DNA of 53,307 nucleotides from Octopus bimaculoides (taxonomy: Eukaryota): the NCBI RefSeq assembly GCF_001194135.2, contig NC_068985.1:110811133-110864439 (forward strand), given 5' to 3'. The notes beneath the pieces were generated by a model. It was not told where the DNA came from. It ran no database searches and was given only the letters and a program-made list of their open reading frames with translations. Made by a program: the position numbers and the translations under genes. Below are positions 22,695-36,868 of this stretch, in pieces. Each line of letters opens with the position of its first letter. Within the stretch, counting starts at the first letter, position 1.

Positions 22695-23420
22695 GCAAAT
22701 AATGCTCAAGACACATCTTATCCTATGGCATTGCTCATAAGACACTATTCAGGAGTTAAGCACCCATAGCATATATTATTATTGAACTGGAGCAGTTGTT
22801 ACCAACGGTGTTTTATCGCGGTAGACGAATGGTTAGGAGTAGTTGCCATTAAGAGGACAAATGGTAACGATCTTGTAATATTAGAAGAATGTAATACGTT
22901 GTTTGTGTTAAATAAAATTTTGGTACTGAAATTAATGAAATTTGCAAAGTTCAAGCAAAAAGAATAGCTACTTTCGATAGCTTTTCTGCGATACAGCTTA
23001 TGATATTTGTTGTTATACGCTAAAGTGAAGGAAATATACGTCAAGAAATGACAAGCGATATGAAAACGCAGAGAGAGGTTTAGACCACAGACTGTTTCTC
23101 AACGCATTTTTACATACTGTGAATATTATCCATGAAACCGCCATTACTTACCGCGTCATTATAAGGTCGAGGAGCACTTTTAAATAAGATCGCATCTGAT
23201 GGTACGTGTATTAAAGTTGGCCTTTCTATTAAGGGTAACATTGAGGAAACCATTTTTATCATTCCATTGCCCTTATACTATTCACAACTTTTTTTCTATA
23301 TTAAATTACTTGTTCTATTTTTCTTGATCGTTTGAAAATCGGAAAGGCGAAACTCGGAGTAATGATCTGCGAAAATTTAGCTTCTAAGAAGTTATCTTAT
23401 TTTACGTATAGTACCGAGTA

Positions 23421-23468
<48 letters not shown>

Positions 23469-23589
23469 TCTTCATAGTTATGTATACAATTGTTTCATCT
23501 CTTCTCTCCCTCTGATTAGGCATGTATGTTTGTGTACATGTGAATGTATGCGCTTGTGTGTGATTGTATGTGTATTCTCTGTGTGCGAA

Positions 23590-23632
<43 letters not shown>

Positions 23633-24326
23633 TGTTTGGATTTATAAAGAAGAGGGTAATCAATGCGGTATTTAAAGTATGTATATTCTNNNNNNNNNNN
23701 NNNNNNNNNNNNNNNNNNNNNNNNNNNNNNNNNNNNNNNNNNNNNNNNNNNNNNNNNNNNNNNNNNNNNNNNNNNNNNNNNNNNNNNNNNNNNNNNNNNN
23801 NNNNNNNNNNNNNNNNNNNNNNNNNNNNNNNNNNNNNNNNNNNNNNNNNNNNNNNNNNNNNNNNNNNNNNNNNNNNNNNNNNNNNNNNNNNNNNNNNNNN
23901 NNNNNNNNNNNNNNNNNNNNNNNNNNNNNNNNNNNNNNNNNNNNNNNNNNNNNNNNNNNNNNNNNNNNNNNNNNNNNNNNNNNNNNNNNNNNNNNNNNNN
24001 NNNNNNNNNNNNNNNNNNNNNNNNNNNNNNNNNNNNNNNNNNNNNNNNNNNNNNNNNNNNNNNNNNNNNNNNNNNNNNNNNNNNNNNNNNNNNNNNNNNN
24101 NNNNNNNNNNNNNNNNNNNNNNNNNNNNNNNNNNNNNNNNNNNNNNNNNNNNNNNNNNNNNNNNNNNNNNNNNNNNNNNNNNNNNNNNNNNNNNNNNNNN
24201 NNNNNNNNNNNNNNNNNNNNNNNNNNNNNNNNNNNNNNNNNNNNNNNNNNNNNNNNNNNNNNNNNNNNNNNNNNNNNNNNNNNNNNNNNNNNNNNNNNNN
24301 NNNNNNNNNNNNNNNNNNNNNNNNNN

Positions 24327-24397
<71 letters not shown>

Positions 24398-25469
24398 TTA
24401 ATTTTCTAACATTACTATCTGTATGCATGAATCTATAAACATATACGTGAGTGTACATATGTATATTTATTCTATATATGCATATGTATGTGTGCGTATG
24501 GTTGTGTATGTGCATGCGTTTGTGTGTGAGTGTGTGTGTGCGTGTGTGTGAGAGTGTGTGTGTGTGTGTGTGTGTGTGCGTGTGTGTGCGTGTCTGTCTG
24601 TCTGTCTATGCATGTGTCTAAATTCAATGTCCTTCAGGCGAGTGACGTATTTGGTTGGTTGTGTTCAAAGAGCAGTCAGGCAGACAGACAGACTGACGCT
24701 GAACCTCCAACAGACAGGCAGCCGAGCAGGCATGCAGACAACCAGACAACAGTCTGACAGACAAACAGTCAATCTGCCTGCAATGAGTCATCTCACCAAT
24801 TGTCTTGAGAGAGAGAGAAAGAGAGAGTGAGAGACAGAGAGACAGACAGAGATGGAGAAAACGAAAGTGAAGAGAGTGTGTAAAAGNNNNNNNNNNNNNN
24901 NNNNNNNNNNNNNNNNNNNNNNNNNNNNNNNNNNNNNNNNNNNNNNNNNNNNNNNNNNNNNNNNNNNNNNNNNNNNNNNNNNNNNNNNNNNNNNNNNNNN
25001 NNNNNNNNNNNNNNNNNNNNNNNNNNNNNNNNNNNNNNNNNNNNNNNNNNNNNNNNNNNNNNNNNNNNNNNNNNNNNNNNNNNNNNNNNNNNNNNNNNNN
25101 NNNNNNNNNNNNNNNNNNNNNNNNNNNNNNNNNNNNNNNNNNNNNNNNNNNNNNNNNNNNNNNNNNNNNNNNNNNNNNNNNNNNNNNNNNNNNNNNNNNN
25201 NNNNNNNNNNNNNNNNNNNNNNNNNNNNNNNNNNNNNNNNNNNNNNNNNNNNNNNNNNNNNNNNNNNNNNNNNNNNNNNNNNNNNNNNNNNNNNNNNNNN
25301 NNNNNNNNNNNNNNNNNNNNNNNNNNNNNNNNNNNNNNNNNNNNNNNNNNNNNNNNNNNNNNNNNNNNNNNNNCATACATATGCTCACACACACACATAT
25401 ACATACACACACACACACACACGCACACACATTGACATATACACAAACGCACACATAGACACAAACACA

Positions 25470-25512
<43 letters not shown>

Positions 25513-25679
25513 ACACACATACACAAACACAGACAGACACACAAACACTGATATACATTCACAAACACACACGCTGACACACATATACACAAACACACGC
25601 ACACGCACGCATACACACATACAGATACGCACGCAGATACACAAACAAAATCGCCACCCCACACAGATTGTAATGGTGG

Positions 25680-26480
25680 CGGGGGTCCTCTATCGGCACT
25701 TTTGCTTTTTCCACCCTCACCACGCCGTTAACTGCCTTCCCCCCGTCTCCTTAGCAACGGCAAGTGCCTGCACCATCGCAAACAACAACTCCCACCACTA
25801 CCACCGCCACCATCACCACCATAACAACAATAACAACAATTATCATTGGAACCCTTATCGCCTACTACCACCACCACTACTAACACACCAACAAAAACAA
25901 CAGCAGCAGCACCACCATTATTACAATATAACCATCATACTACATCCACCACCTTCACAATACAACCACCATTATTAGCACTGCCACCACCACCACTACC
26001 ACCAAAACCACCAAAACTACCACCGCCAAAACCACCACCACCACCACCACTACCACCACCACCAAAACCACCACCACCACTACCACTACCACTACGACAA
26101 TTACAACAACCATCCTCGCAACCATTAACGTCAACAACATAACCACCACAACAACAAAAATAGCAGCAAGTCTACCATCGTCACAACAGTACAACCTCTA
26201 CTCTAACTATCACCACCACTGCAACAACCATCAGTACTCCCCCCTCCACCACCACAAAAAAAGCTGCATCATTACCACCGATACCATCACAAAAGTACAA
26301 CCACCGCCACCATAACACCCAATATTACCACTACAACCATCATCACCGCCATCATCACCAATACAATAATCCCCACCACTAGACCCATCGCCACCACAAT
26401 AGACATCACCACCATTACAGCCATCACCACTACCAGCGTCACTATGAGCACCACCGGCACACTAACTGGTGTACTCCACA
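25680..26480. repeat. Degenerate (CAC/CAA/ACC)n low-complexity tract
   Basis: C/A-rich trinucleotide mosaic; yields Pro/Thr/Val homopolymer ORFs on both strands. Confidence 0.85.
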
Positions 26481-26835
26481 GCATTCAACAACCCGTGCAA
26501 GGAGTGACACACCACGCTCAACACATACGCAGGAACATACGCAAATAAGCACACAAGACATACACACGCATGCACAAGAACACTTATAAACGCACAGACA
26601 CACACATGTAAATAAGTATTTCAAACTTAAATATAATTTCATTCACATAAATACACAAGCACACAGAATTAAATATATNNNNNNNNNNNNNNNNNNNNNN
26701 NNNNNNNNNNNNNNNNNNNNNNNNNNNNNNNNNNNNNNNNNNNNNNNNNNNNNNNNNNNNNNNNNNNNNNNNNNNNNNNNNNNNNNNNNNNNNNNNNNNN
26801 NNNNNNNNNNNNTATATATGTGTGTGTGTGTGTGT

Positions 26836-26880
<45 letters not shown>

Positions 26881-27247
26881 GTATATATATATTTATATGT
26901 ATGTATGTATTTACCTATTTAAAAGGTAAACATTACACATTTTACACGTGCACAAACTTTCATACATTCAGATGTATACACAAACACACATATGTAAAAA
27001 ATAACTGCATTTATTAAATTACACACATACATGTATACATGCGTTTGCACATACATATGCTCGTACATAGAAGCACACATTAACTAACACACACAAACAT
27101 ACATATACACGCACACACATTTGTTTAAAAGTATATACACACACGCATACACATATGCCTATATATATAAACACACGTGGGAAAATACATTCTACAGAAA
27201 AAAAACTTAATAGACAGAGAAGCACACACGTGCACATATGTCTGAGT

Positions 27248-27286
<39 letters not shown>

Positions 27287-28464
27287 TCTGTGAGACTGTA
27301 TGGGTTTCTAAAGATTTATTCATTGTTAAACAACTAATAATATCATATTACATACACCCACACATGCAAATATGTATTTTAAATTTACTGCATTTAGCTG
27401 CATACTAACACATGAAAAGCAGGCATGCACATTAACAAACATACATATACATGAAAGTATGTACCTAAACACTGACAGACGCATACTTAGATATTTACTG
27501 CAACTTGACGACTAGCAGATACGTAAGAAGACTATGAGAAACAAGCATGTTCACACCAAGTGTAACTGCCCGAAATGGTCGTGACGTCTGGCACTTGACT
27601 GAAGATAGAAGGCCACGAATGACCCGACTTTTTTGCCTGCCCTTCTAATTGTTGTTCCTCTTGTCTGCCTTTGTATCGTCTACCTGCGTTTTTGTTCCAT
27701 ATATATATATATATATANNNNNNNNNNNNNNNNNNNNNNNNNNNNNNNNNNNNNNNNNNNNNNNNNNNNNNNNNNNNNNNNNNNNNNNNNNNNNNNNNNN
27801 NNNNNNNNNNNNNNNNNNNNNNNNNNNNNNNNNNNNNNNNNNNNNNNNNNNNNNNNNNNNNNNNNNNNNNNNNNNNNNNNNNNNNNNNNNNNNNNNNNNN
27901 NNNNNNNNNNNNNNNNNNNNNNNNNNNNNNNNNNNNNNNNNNNNNNNNNNNNNNNNNNNNNNNNNNNNNNNNNNNNNNNNNNNNNNNNNNNNNNNNNNNN
28001 NNNNNNNNNNNNNNNNNNNNNNNNNNNNNNNNNNNNNNNNNNNNNNNNNNNNNNNNNNNNNNNNNNNNNNNNNNNNNNNNNNNNNNNNNNNNNNNNNNNN
28101 NNNNNNNNNNNNNNNNNNNNNNNNNNNNNNNNNNNNNNNNNNNNNNNNNNNNNNNNNNNNNNNNNNNNNNNNNNNNNNNNNNNNNNNNNNNNNNNNNNNN
28201 NNNNNNNNNNNNNNNNNNNNNNNNNNNNNNNNNNNNNNNNNNNNNNNNNNNNNNNNNNNNNNNNNNNNNNNNNNNNNNNNNNNNNNNNNNNNNNNNNNNN
28301 NNNNNNNNNNNNNNNNNNNNNNNNNNNNNNNNNNNNNNNCAAAACTCCGAGTTCCGCCCCGAATAATTGTCACATATTATTTACAGATAAATTCCTCTAT
28401 TTACATAATATCGAGGTCTCTTTCTTTCTTTTGTGGTCTTGCCTTTTCTATCAAAAAAAAAAAA

Positions 28465-28505
<41 letters not shown>

Positions 28506-28728
28506 GTATTTACATATTTATATAAACATATAACTATATATACATACATACACACACATATATACACATTCACATGCACATAAATACAATTACACAAGAG
28601 GTTTGTGTACACAAATCTTTCCTTCTCTCGACTCGCTCTATTTATCAGTCTGTTTGCTTGCCTGCCTGTCTATCTTTCTGTTTGTCCTATTTATCTATCT
28701 ACCTATCTGTCTGTCTGTCTGTCTGTCA

Positions 28729-28786
<58 letters not shown>

Positions 28787-29952
28787 TTGTATTGATACCA
28801 CTCTGCATATTTATATATTTGTCGTTCCCAATATCTCGTTACAATTGCACGTATATACATTTATATAATTTACGTATCGTAATATATATCTAAAAAACTA
28901 AATAGATTTGCTGAAATGAAAGTTCAAAACTTTGAGAATCGGAGCTCCACGTCTTTTACTCTGAATATCCATAATACATTTTACCATCCTACATACTGTA
29001 GTGAGTACCATTTCCTCTTTATCATTCTCTTTTCATCGATGTTTCTACATTATGTGTTTGCATGTACGCACAAACACACACACACACACACACATAATCA
29101 CTAGTCCACGAAGGACAGTGAAATAAATTAATGCTTCCTTCTGATGAGCTGGGGGTTACAGTGTGATTATGCAAATGTCTTTCTAACAATTACTTTATAG
29201 CGTATTAGTATACAGCAGCGAGACATGTGTAAAGGTTATATAATTTCTGTTGTTATAATAAAAAACATTTTGCAGCTGATACTCCAGTTTTATCCAGATC
29301 TCGTATGCATGTATGCATATATATATATATATATANNNNNNNNNNNNNNNNNNNNNNNNNNNNNNNNNNNNNNNNNNNNNNNNNNNNNNNNNNNNNNNNN
29401 NNNNNNNNNNNNNNNNNNNNNNNNNNNNNNNNNNNNNNNNNNNNNNNNNNNNNNNNNNNNNNNNNNNNNNNNNNNNNNNNNNNNNNNNNNNNNNNNNNNN
29501 NNNNNNNNNNNNNNNNNNNNNNNNNNNNNNNNNNNNNNNNNNNNNNNNNNNNNNNNNNNNNNNNNNNNNNNNNNNNNNNNNNNNNNNNNNNNNNNNNNNN
29601 NNNNNNNNNNNNNNNNNNNNNNNNNNNNNNNNNNNNNNNNNNNNNNNNNNNNNNNNNNNNNNNNNNNNNNNNNNNNNNNNNNNNNNNNNNNNNNNNNNNN
29701 NNNNNNNNNNNNNNNNNNNNNNNNNNNNNNNNNNNNNNNNNNNNNNNNNNNNNNNNNNNNNNNNNNNNNNNNNNNNNNNNNNNNNNNNNNNNNNNNNNNN
29801 NNNNNNNNNNNNNNNNNNNNNNNNNNNNNNNNNNNNNNNNNNNNNNNNNNNNNNNNNNNNNNNNNNNNNNNNNNNNNNNNNNNNNNNNNNNNNNNNNNNN
29901 NNNNNNNNNNNNNNNNNNNNNNNNNNNNNNNNNNNNNNNNNNNNNNNNNNNN

Positions 29953-29998
<46 letters not shown>

Positions 29999-30156
29999 GG
30001 ATACACGCGTATGTATAAACACACATAGACACATATATCTATGTATCTATATTTTATAAACATTATACTTACATACGTACAGATACACGATGAATCCAAA
30101 CACAGATAAAGACGCACCAAATAGTTCTATCCTATATATACATATATGCATCCATC

Positions 30157-30187
<31 letters not shown>

Positions 30188-30544
30188 GTCCCTGTGTCGA
30201 TATATCAGGAACACATACGAATTCATACACACACTCACACACACACACACACACCTACACTCATTCACATACTTTCACACTTACAAATGTATATCGATAT
30301 CATATTTATATAACCTTTATTTGTTTATTCCCCACAGAACATGGCCATAAGTGTCTCTGCTGTAAATATTTGGAACAAATCCATGTCTAACAAATACGTT
30401 GCAATGGTTATTGAAATCACTTGCTGGAACGTTGCTATTGTGTTCGCTAACAGATATTTCTTTCAACCTTCATAAATTGTATTTGTTACAGCATAAAAGG
30501 GATATAATTCAGACGAAGAAAAGAAGATACCCATGTGGAGAATG

Positions 30545-30595
30545 GAGTCTGTCTATGGTCGGTGAACAAGTTAGAAATAGCAGCCTAATATTCAT
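30545..30595. repeat. Family G fragment
   Basis: GTTAGAAATAGCAGCCTAAT motif, inverted relative to 335-430. Confidence 0.5.
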
Positions 30596-31364
30596 TGGAG
30601 TCACATCCGAGGGTGTCCGCGACGAAGACGGAACCTCTTCGAGAGTACTACGCCAGCTAGAAATATCTTGGAAGCACGTTCAAGGATGCTTGAGACTAAG
30701 ATGGAACCTGTCCCTGGTCACTGTATCTGTTGTAAAGAGCAGCCAGATAACCCTAGAAAAACGCTCTATCGTGTGATTTTCTTTTTTCCTTTTTATTTTT
30801 TAAGAATGGATTTGTTGGATGATGTAGCATTAGTTATATCTGAATATAAGTCGGGAGGTTTTTGCCAGGAACGTCCTTGATTATGTATTTAATCGGTCAA
30901 CGACAGACAACAACAGCAACAATAACAGCGACTACGACGACTCTAACAACGACAGAAACAGCTATCTAGTCAATTACTGTTGTAAACTTTACATATGTCT
31001 AATCCACATAACTGCCCAACTATCACGTGGATTTTATCTATAATAAATCGAACCTATCAGTGTTTGACTTACCCCATATCAATGAAAGTGCATCTACTCA
31101 ACTATCTTCTCCCTCGTAATTCGGCAATTAATATAGATACTACACTCCACTGATGATACCTTACAATAGCGAAATCCCGGAATTAATACCGTATTTGATG
31201 GCATATAAGATGTACGTTATTTTGCAAACGTTGTTTCAAAAAAAAAAGTGTCTCGGTTCCTATATGTGAAACTGGGTTTCCAATTGGCTAATTTTGTTCC
31301 TGACACTCACTACTAAAAACTAATTTTAATCTAGATGGGCTCTTCTCCCTAATCTGTCACCGTG

Positions 31365-31405
<41 letters not shown>

Positions 31406-31412
31406 AATAATA

Positions 31413-31597
31413 GCTTCAAATTTGGCACAAGGCCAGCAAGTTCGACCCTAATGTTCGACTAGTACTTATTTTATAGACCTCGAAAGGATGAAAGGCAAAG
31501 CTGACCCCGGCGGAATTTGAACTCAGAACATAAAGACGGTCGAAATACCGCTAAGCATTTTGCCCAGTATTCTAACGATTCTGCCAACTCGACGCCT
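31413..31597 (-). mobile_element. Family B SINE within (AAT)n
   Basis: GGCACAAGGCC...GAAAGGATGAAAGGCAAAG...GGAATTTGAACTCAGAAC...TTCTGCCAACTCGACGCC; (AAT)n at 31356-31410 on the left. Confidence 0.9.
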
Positions 31598-31611
31598 TAA
31601 TGGTAATAATA

Positions 31612-31785
31612 ATCATTTCTACTATAGGCACAAAGTATGAAATTATTGGGAAGAGTGTGAGTCGCTTACATCGAGCCCAGAGCTCGACCGGGACTTATTT
31701 TATCGACTCCGAAAGGATGGAAAGCAAAGTCGACCTCAGCGGAATTTGAACTCAGAACGTAAAGATTCTGGCAGCTCGCTACCTT
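31612..31785 (-). mobile_element. Second family B SINE (internal deletion) within (AAT)n
   Basis: TAGGCACAAAG...CGACTCCGAAAGGATGGAAAGC...GAACGTAAAGATTCTGGCAGCTCGC; (AAT)n follows at 31788-31851. Confidence 0.88.
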
Positions 31786-31786
31786 C

Positions 31787-31851
<65 letters not shown>

Positions 31852-31852
<1 letters not shown>

Positions 31853-32491
31853 GCAACAGAAAAAAGATGGTATAAACACACGCCAGAAAAAGTCACAGAA
31901 AACGAGAAAGCAACCATACTCTGGGATATGCCAATACACACAGATAGAGAAATTAAGGCAAATANNNNNNNNNNNNNNNNNNNNNNNNNNNNNNNNNNNN
32001 NNNNNNNNNNNNNNNNNNNNNNNNNNNNNNNNNNNNNNNNNNNNNNNNNNNNNNNNNNNNNNNNNNNNNNNNNNNNNNNNNNNNNNNNNNNNNNNNNNNN
32101 NNNNNNNNNNNNNNNNNNNNNNNNNNNNNNNNNNNNNNNNNNNNNNNNNNNNNNNNNNNNNNNNNNNNNNNNNNNNNNNNNNNNNNNNNNNNNNNNNNNN
32201 NNNNNNNNNNNNNNNNNNNNNNNNNNNNNNNNNNNNNNNNNNNNNNNNNNNNNNNNNNNNNNNNNNNNNNNNNNNNNNNNNNNNNNNNNNNNNNNNNNNN
32301 NNNNNNNNNNNNNNNNNNNNNNNNNNNNNNNNNNNNNNNNNNNNNNNNNNNNNNNNNNNNNNNNNNNNNNNNNNNNNNNNNNNNNNNNNNNNNNNNNNNN
32401 NNNNNNNNNNNNNNNNNNNNNNNNNNNNNNNNNNNNNNNNNNNNNNCTGCGCTCGGTAGTGAAGTGAAAGTACGTTATAAAAATAAAACTA

Positions 32492-32494
<3 letters not shown>
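31852..32494 (+). mobile_element. 5'-truncated R4/Dong-like RLE non-LTR retrotransposon inserted in (AAT)n (middle in a gap)
   Basis: Translation ATEKRWYKHTPEKVTENEKATILWDMPIHTDREIKAN matches the region just before the RPD motif of restriction-like endonuclease elements (WYKH.P..V.EN...ILWD..I.TD..I.ANRPD). Putative 3' UTR end 32447-32494; pure (AAT)n on both sides. Confidence 0.8.
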
Positions 32495-32549
<55 letters not shown>

Positions 32550-33464
32550 TTTACTTAAACGTTATTATCTATACAATAATATTTTTTACAATATTTAAGG
32601 TACTTTTTAATGTACAGTTAGATTTCTTTAGATATTGTATGCTTTAATACATTAAAAACTTTCTCCTTGAATAAACGCTCTGAAATTGCAGTGCATCTAA
32701 TAGACTTGACTGTCCTTTATGCCATAAAATATTATAAGTAAAAGCACATCACTGCTTAATCTTCTGAATATCAACATAGTGTTCCAGTAGAATACGTGTC
32801 TATGATTTAGGTTGCCGAGATTATGTACAAGTTAACTATGTATTTCAGCTTCTCGAGTTCAGTAAACAAAGAACCAGTTCAAGGCATGAGTGATGTTTTA
32901 AGGCGTCGACACAGTGTGCAGTCGTCTGGGGGGTTTCATTGATCTAAGGAACCAATTCTAATCTATGTATGCTGTGGCTTACAGTCAATAAATAAATGAT
33001 TTGAATTGCCCAGGGGTTCATCATGGTGGAATTTCTTAGAGGATCAGACGAGATGTCTTTGCAGTGTCTACTGCAGTTCCTTCATTTACGACGGCAACAC
33101 TTGATGCCAAGTTGTGTCAGCCGTTGCTTTTCGCTTGGACAACAGTGAAGACATTGTAAGAAGAAACTTGTTTGCTTGTCCTTATAGAGACTTCTGCTCA
33201 AGTTTGAACGTTGGAGAGAAAATTTTCAGGTTCAGATCTATATTTAGTCTCTCATAACTTAAAGAGTCTCTGGTTTGATCTGGATGGCATTTGAAACAAA
33301 TTTGAATTGGCAGTATTTATGGTTTTCTATCAGTGTTAACAGATATTTTTTATAAAATTTGCCAAAAAGAATTTCAAAAATTAACAGTTAAAATGTAGTC
33401 TAAATTAAAAATATAGTTAGTAAAGTATGCATTTATCTCTCCACCTCTCTCTCTCCATATATGA

Positions 33465-33495
<31 letters not shown>

Positions 33496-33581
33496 TGTAT
33501 AGATACTCACACACACACACACACATATATATATATACCTACACAGACGCACTCACAGACACAGACACACAGACACACAGA

Positions 33582-33654
<73 letters not shown>

Positions 33655-34144
33655 GGATTGTATCTAGGTCGGTTCTAATTTGCTTTGATGATAATTTAAT
33701 AGAATCATTTAATAGGATTCTTACCATTAAAAATTAAGTTTGAAGCCATTAAGAAATGCGCTCTATTCTTACTTGATTGCTTCTTCATTTTTGTGGATGC
33801 GTCAGTCATATTTTAACATGGCTTCTTATCAGTAAATGTTTTGTTCGTAAGAGATTACCAGTTTTGACACTGATAAGATTAGATCCAGCGCCAAAGTAGT
33901 CCCCAGTTCTGTTTCGATGGAGGCTACGCTTTGAACACATGCTTTCAACCGTACCATGGTTTTGTATATAGTCAGCTCATATCCTGACAAATTTGGCAAT
34001 CTAGTTCATCAGTTTAAACGTAAGTGTTGCAGCTCGGTACCAAAATGGAAATAGAGTTTTGAAATTATTGAGACATATTCGAAAAGACTGACTGACATCT
34101 TCCAACAACTTTCGGTTCAGTTTGTTATATTTCTCCTTTTCTCT

Positions 34145-34539
34145 TTTCTCTTTTACTTGTTTCAATCATTTGACTGCAGCCATGCCGGAGCACCGCCTTT
34201 AGTCGAGCAAATCGACCCCAGGACTTATTCTTTGGAAGCCTAGTACTTATTCTATCGGTCTCTTTTGCCGAACCGCTAAGTTACGGGGACGTAAATACAC
34301 CAGCATCGGTTGTCAAGCGATGTTCGGGGGACAAACACAGACACACAAACATATATACACATATACATACATATATACATATATACGACGGGCTTCTTTC
34401 AGTTTCCGTCTACCAAATCCACTCACAAGGCTTTGGTCGGTCTGAGGCTATAGTTAAAGACACTTGCCTAAGGTGCCACGCAGTGGGAATGAACCCGGAA
34501 CTATGTGGTTGGTAAGCAAGCTACTTACCACACAGCCAC
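34145..34539 (-). mobile_element. Full-length family A + microsatellite + C SINE
   Basis: Head and CORE-like part at 34385-34539, ~60-bp CA/TA linker, 3' segment at 34145-34320 (CCCCGTAACTTAGCGGTTCGGCAAAAGAG...GCATGGCTGCAG). Confidence 0.92.
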
Positions 34540-34978
34540 TAAATGATATGCCTTTATTTCATCACGTAAACATAAATTGATTAAAAGGAAGAAAAAAGGT
34601 TAAAAGGTTAAATTATCGAAAAATTACGGCGATCTTTCACATAAGAAAAATATAAGTGAAATCAGAAATCAACCACCGAAACAGTAACACTAAAATTCCT
34701 TCAACAAGAAAACAACGAAAAAGAAAAAGAGAACTAAGCAACGAAAGAAAGAGTAAGGTGTAGGGAGTAACAAGCTTTATGCCCCAATTCGAATCCTGTG
34801 TTCAGCTTCACCCCGCGGATATAATAGCAAAGGCATTGCCGCGGAGAAAGGCCAGTGATACTGCAACAGTCACCCGACCTTGCGGAGCTCATTTCTCAGG
34901 TGGACAATTTTCATTCTGAATTTACGGAGGAAATCATAAGTGCGGGGTCCGAAAACACCTGATATTTCTTTATTATAT

Positions 34979-35310
34979 CAGCATGGCTCAGTGGTTAGAG
35001 CGTCGAGCTTACGATCGTGAGGTTGTGAGTTCGAATCTCGGACCGGGCTACGTGTTGTGTTCTTGAGCAAGAGACTTTATATCACGTTGCTCCAGTTCAC
35101 TCAGCTGTAGAAATGAGTTGCGACGTCTCAGGTGCTAAGCTGTATCGGCCCCTTTGCTTTTCCCTTGGATAACATCGGTGGCGTGGAGAAGGGAGACTCG
35201 TATGCATGGGCGACTGCTGGTCTTCCATAAACAAGCTTGCCCAGACTTGTGAGAGGGTAACTTTCTAGGTGCAATCTCATGGTCATTCATGACCGAAGGG
35301 GGGGGGGTCT
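34979..35310 (+). mobile_element. Family F tRNA-derived SINE (CORE-like centre, distinct 3' part)
   Basis: A-box TGGCTCAGTGG, B-box GTTCGAATCTC, GTTGTGTTCTTGAGCAAG...CACGTTGCTCCAGTTCACTCAGCTG as in family E, then a different tail ending ATGACCGAAGGGGG. Confidence 0.85.
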
Positions 35311-35324
35311 TAGCATACTAGCAA

Positions 35325-35420
35325 GCGTCTACGAGTCACTCAACATGCTGAAAATAGCAGCCAACAATCTTTCGATTCGCTATCTCTCTTTTGAAATACA
35401 AAGCGATGCATTGAAAAATA
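35325..35420. repeat. Family G fragment
   Basis: GCTGAAAATAGCAGCC...TTCGATTC aligns to the reverse complement of 48750-48832. Confidence 0.6.
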
Positions 35421-36379
35421 TTAGATTACTTGCTATTTTAAAGGTAGCAAGTTAGCGCTAAAATAAAATCTAATTTTAAACACCTGCCTTACCGCTAATG
35501 AAGAAGCTTGTCTCTCATAGGCAAACTGTTGACAAACAACGCCACAAACAATGCGTGTCTGCCTGCCAGTCTTTCAATTCTGCATACATTCATTCTAAAA
35601 CACGTGACACATACTAATATCTTTTTACATGTTAATTATTTATAATTATCAAAATATTTTCACCTTCGAGTAATTTTAAGCAATATTGAAATTTCACATC
35701 GAAATTATTAGAAAAAAAAAAAATACATGAAATATTAATGCACATGTGTAAGGAATTTGTTCGGAATATTATGTAATTGGTAGCACCGTATCGGCTATTG
35801 CATGATGTAATCAGCAATAACTTCTCAATAATCCAATAAATTTCCATGAGAAGTAAAAGTTCGTGGACACTCACATTATTGACTTTACTCTGTTTATGTA
35901 TTACTTTTATAAACTACTTTGGTAGATTAGTGCATTAAGCTATTTAATTCCATAATAGCTATTACAGTGCCATTGTGATTTGCTTTTCCAAGACAGTGCG
36001 TTCATTATACGTTATTATTCAAAGCATTTAAGATTATGGCAGGGCAAATTCTATTTAAATTGTCTCTACATTTTAATAGCTGGCCAAATGTAATTGATAC
36101 AAATGAAACAGTAAAGTATAAGATTTTAGTCCCAAATGTTTAAGTAGCATCCTCGCCAGAAGCAAAAATAAAAAGAAAGAAAGAAAGAAAAAGGAATAGT
36201 AGCGTGAAGTTTTAAAAAATATCGTAATCCGCTACTCATACCCTAATCCGGTAACCCTTTATACCGTATAATTAAGTATAGGATTTAATATATATACTTA
36301 ACGATTAGTTCACTAATATTTCGGCGAGTGATAGGAAGCTGTGTTTCATTGAAAAGACTTGAGGAAAAGGCGAAACAAA

Positions 36380-36868
36380 TCTATAATAATAAAAGAGAAA
36401 TTCTGTCTGTTCGTCTGGGACCCCTGCATCTCAGTCTACATTTTTTCTACATATATATATTATAACTTTTTGGAATCAGGATGATCCCGGGATTGAAAAT
36501 CTGTCCCTCATTTGGTTCTTCAACACCCAGTATTGGGATCTGATTTAAAAGCATTTGGGGTGCTATTTCTAGAATATAAAGCTTGGCTGATCCATGCCAT
36601 CTTGATGGCGTTTGTCAGATGACGTCAGAGATCAAGGAGGAGATAAATGACATTTGCTTCGTTAATTGTGCGTCGAGATAGGAAATTTGGGACAAATTAG
36701 CCAACAGTTGGAATTCGACTTGAGTTTGGAACAATACAATGATGGCGTTACAAAATTAATCCTCATCTGTCTTTAAACTCTGATCAAACACCACCAGGTT
36801 ATATAGTCGTTATAGACGCATTATAGTCATCCTATTTAGGCCTATTTAGTTTTGGGCCGCAGGCCTAG
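36380..36868 (+). mobile_element. Non-autonomous Helitron (489 bp)
   Basis: Inserted between A (36379) and T (36869). 5' TCTATAATAATAAAAGAGAAATTCTGTCTGTTCGTC; 3' end GGGCCGCAGGCCTAG with subterminal inverted repeat TAGGCCT...AGGCCTA; no TSD. Confidence 0.75.

Noticed and set aside
25673-26484. Proline/threonine-rich mucin- or extensin-like exon
   Set aside because: Degenerate CAC/CAA repeat is open in several frames on both strands, with no convincing splice boundaries.
30337-30880. Exon(s) after acceptor-like CCCCACAG and GTTACAG; 125-aa ORF at 30399
   Set aside because: No recognisable protein, no good donor found, and part of it is a family G repeat fragment.
31186-31215. CCGTATT...TATAAGA pogo-like terminal motif
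   Set aside because: Single degenerate end with no partner TIR or coding remnant found.
32640-34110. Mid-GC unique-looking DNA that might be a decayed transposase or exons
   Set aside because: Manual translations gave frequent stops and no motif I could name; needs a translated database search.
34979-35055. tRNA genes at SINE heads (also 14816, 37263, 45310)
   Set aside because: A/B boxes are present, but acceptor and anticodon stems do not close and each continues into a SINE body.
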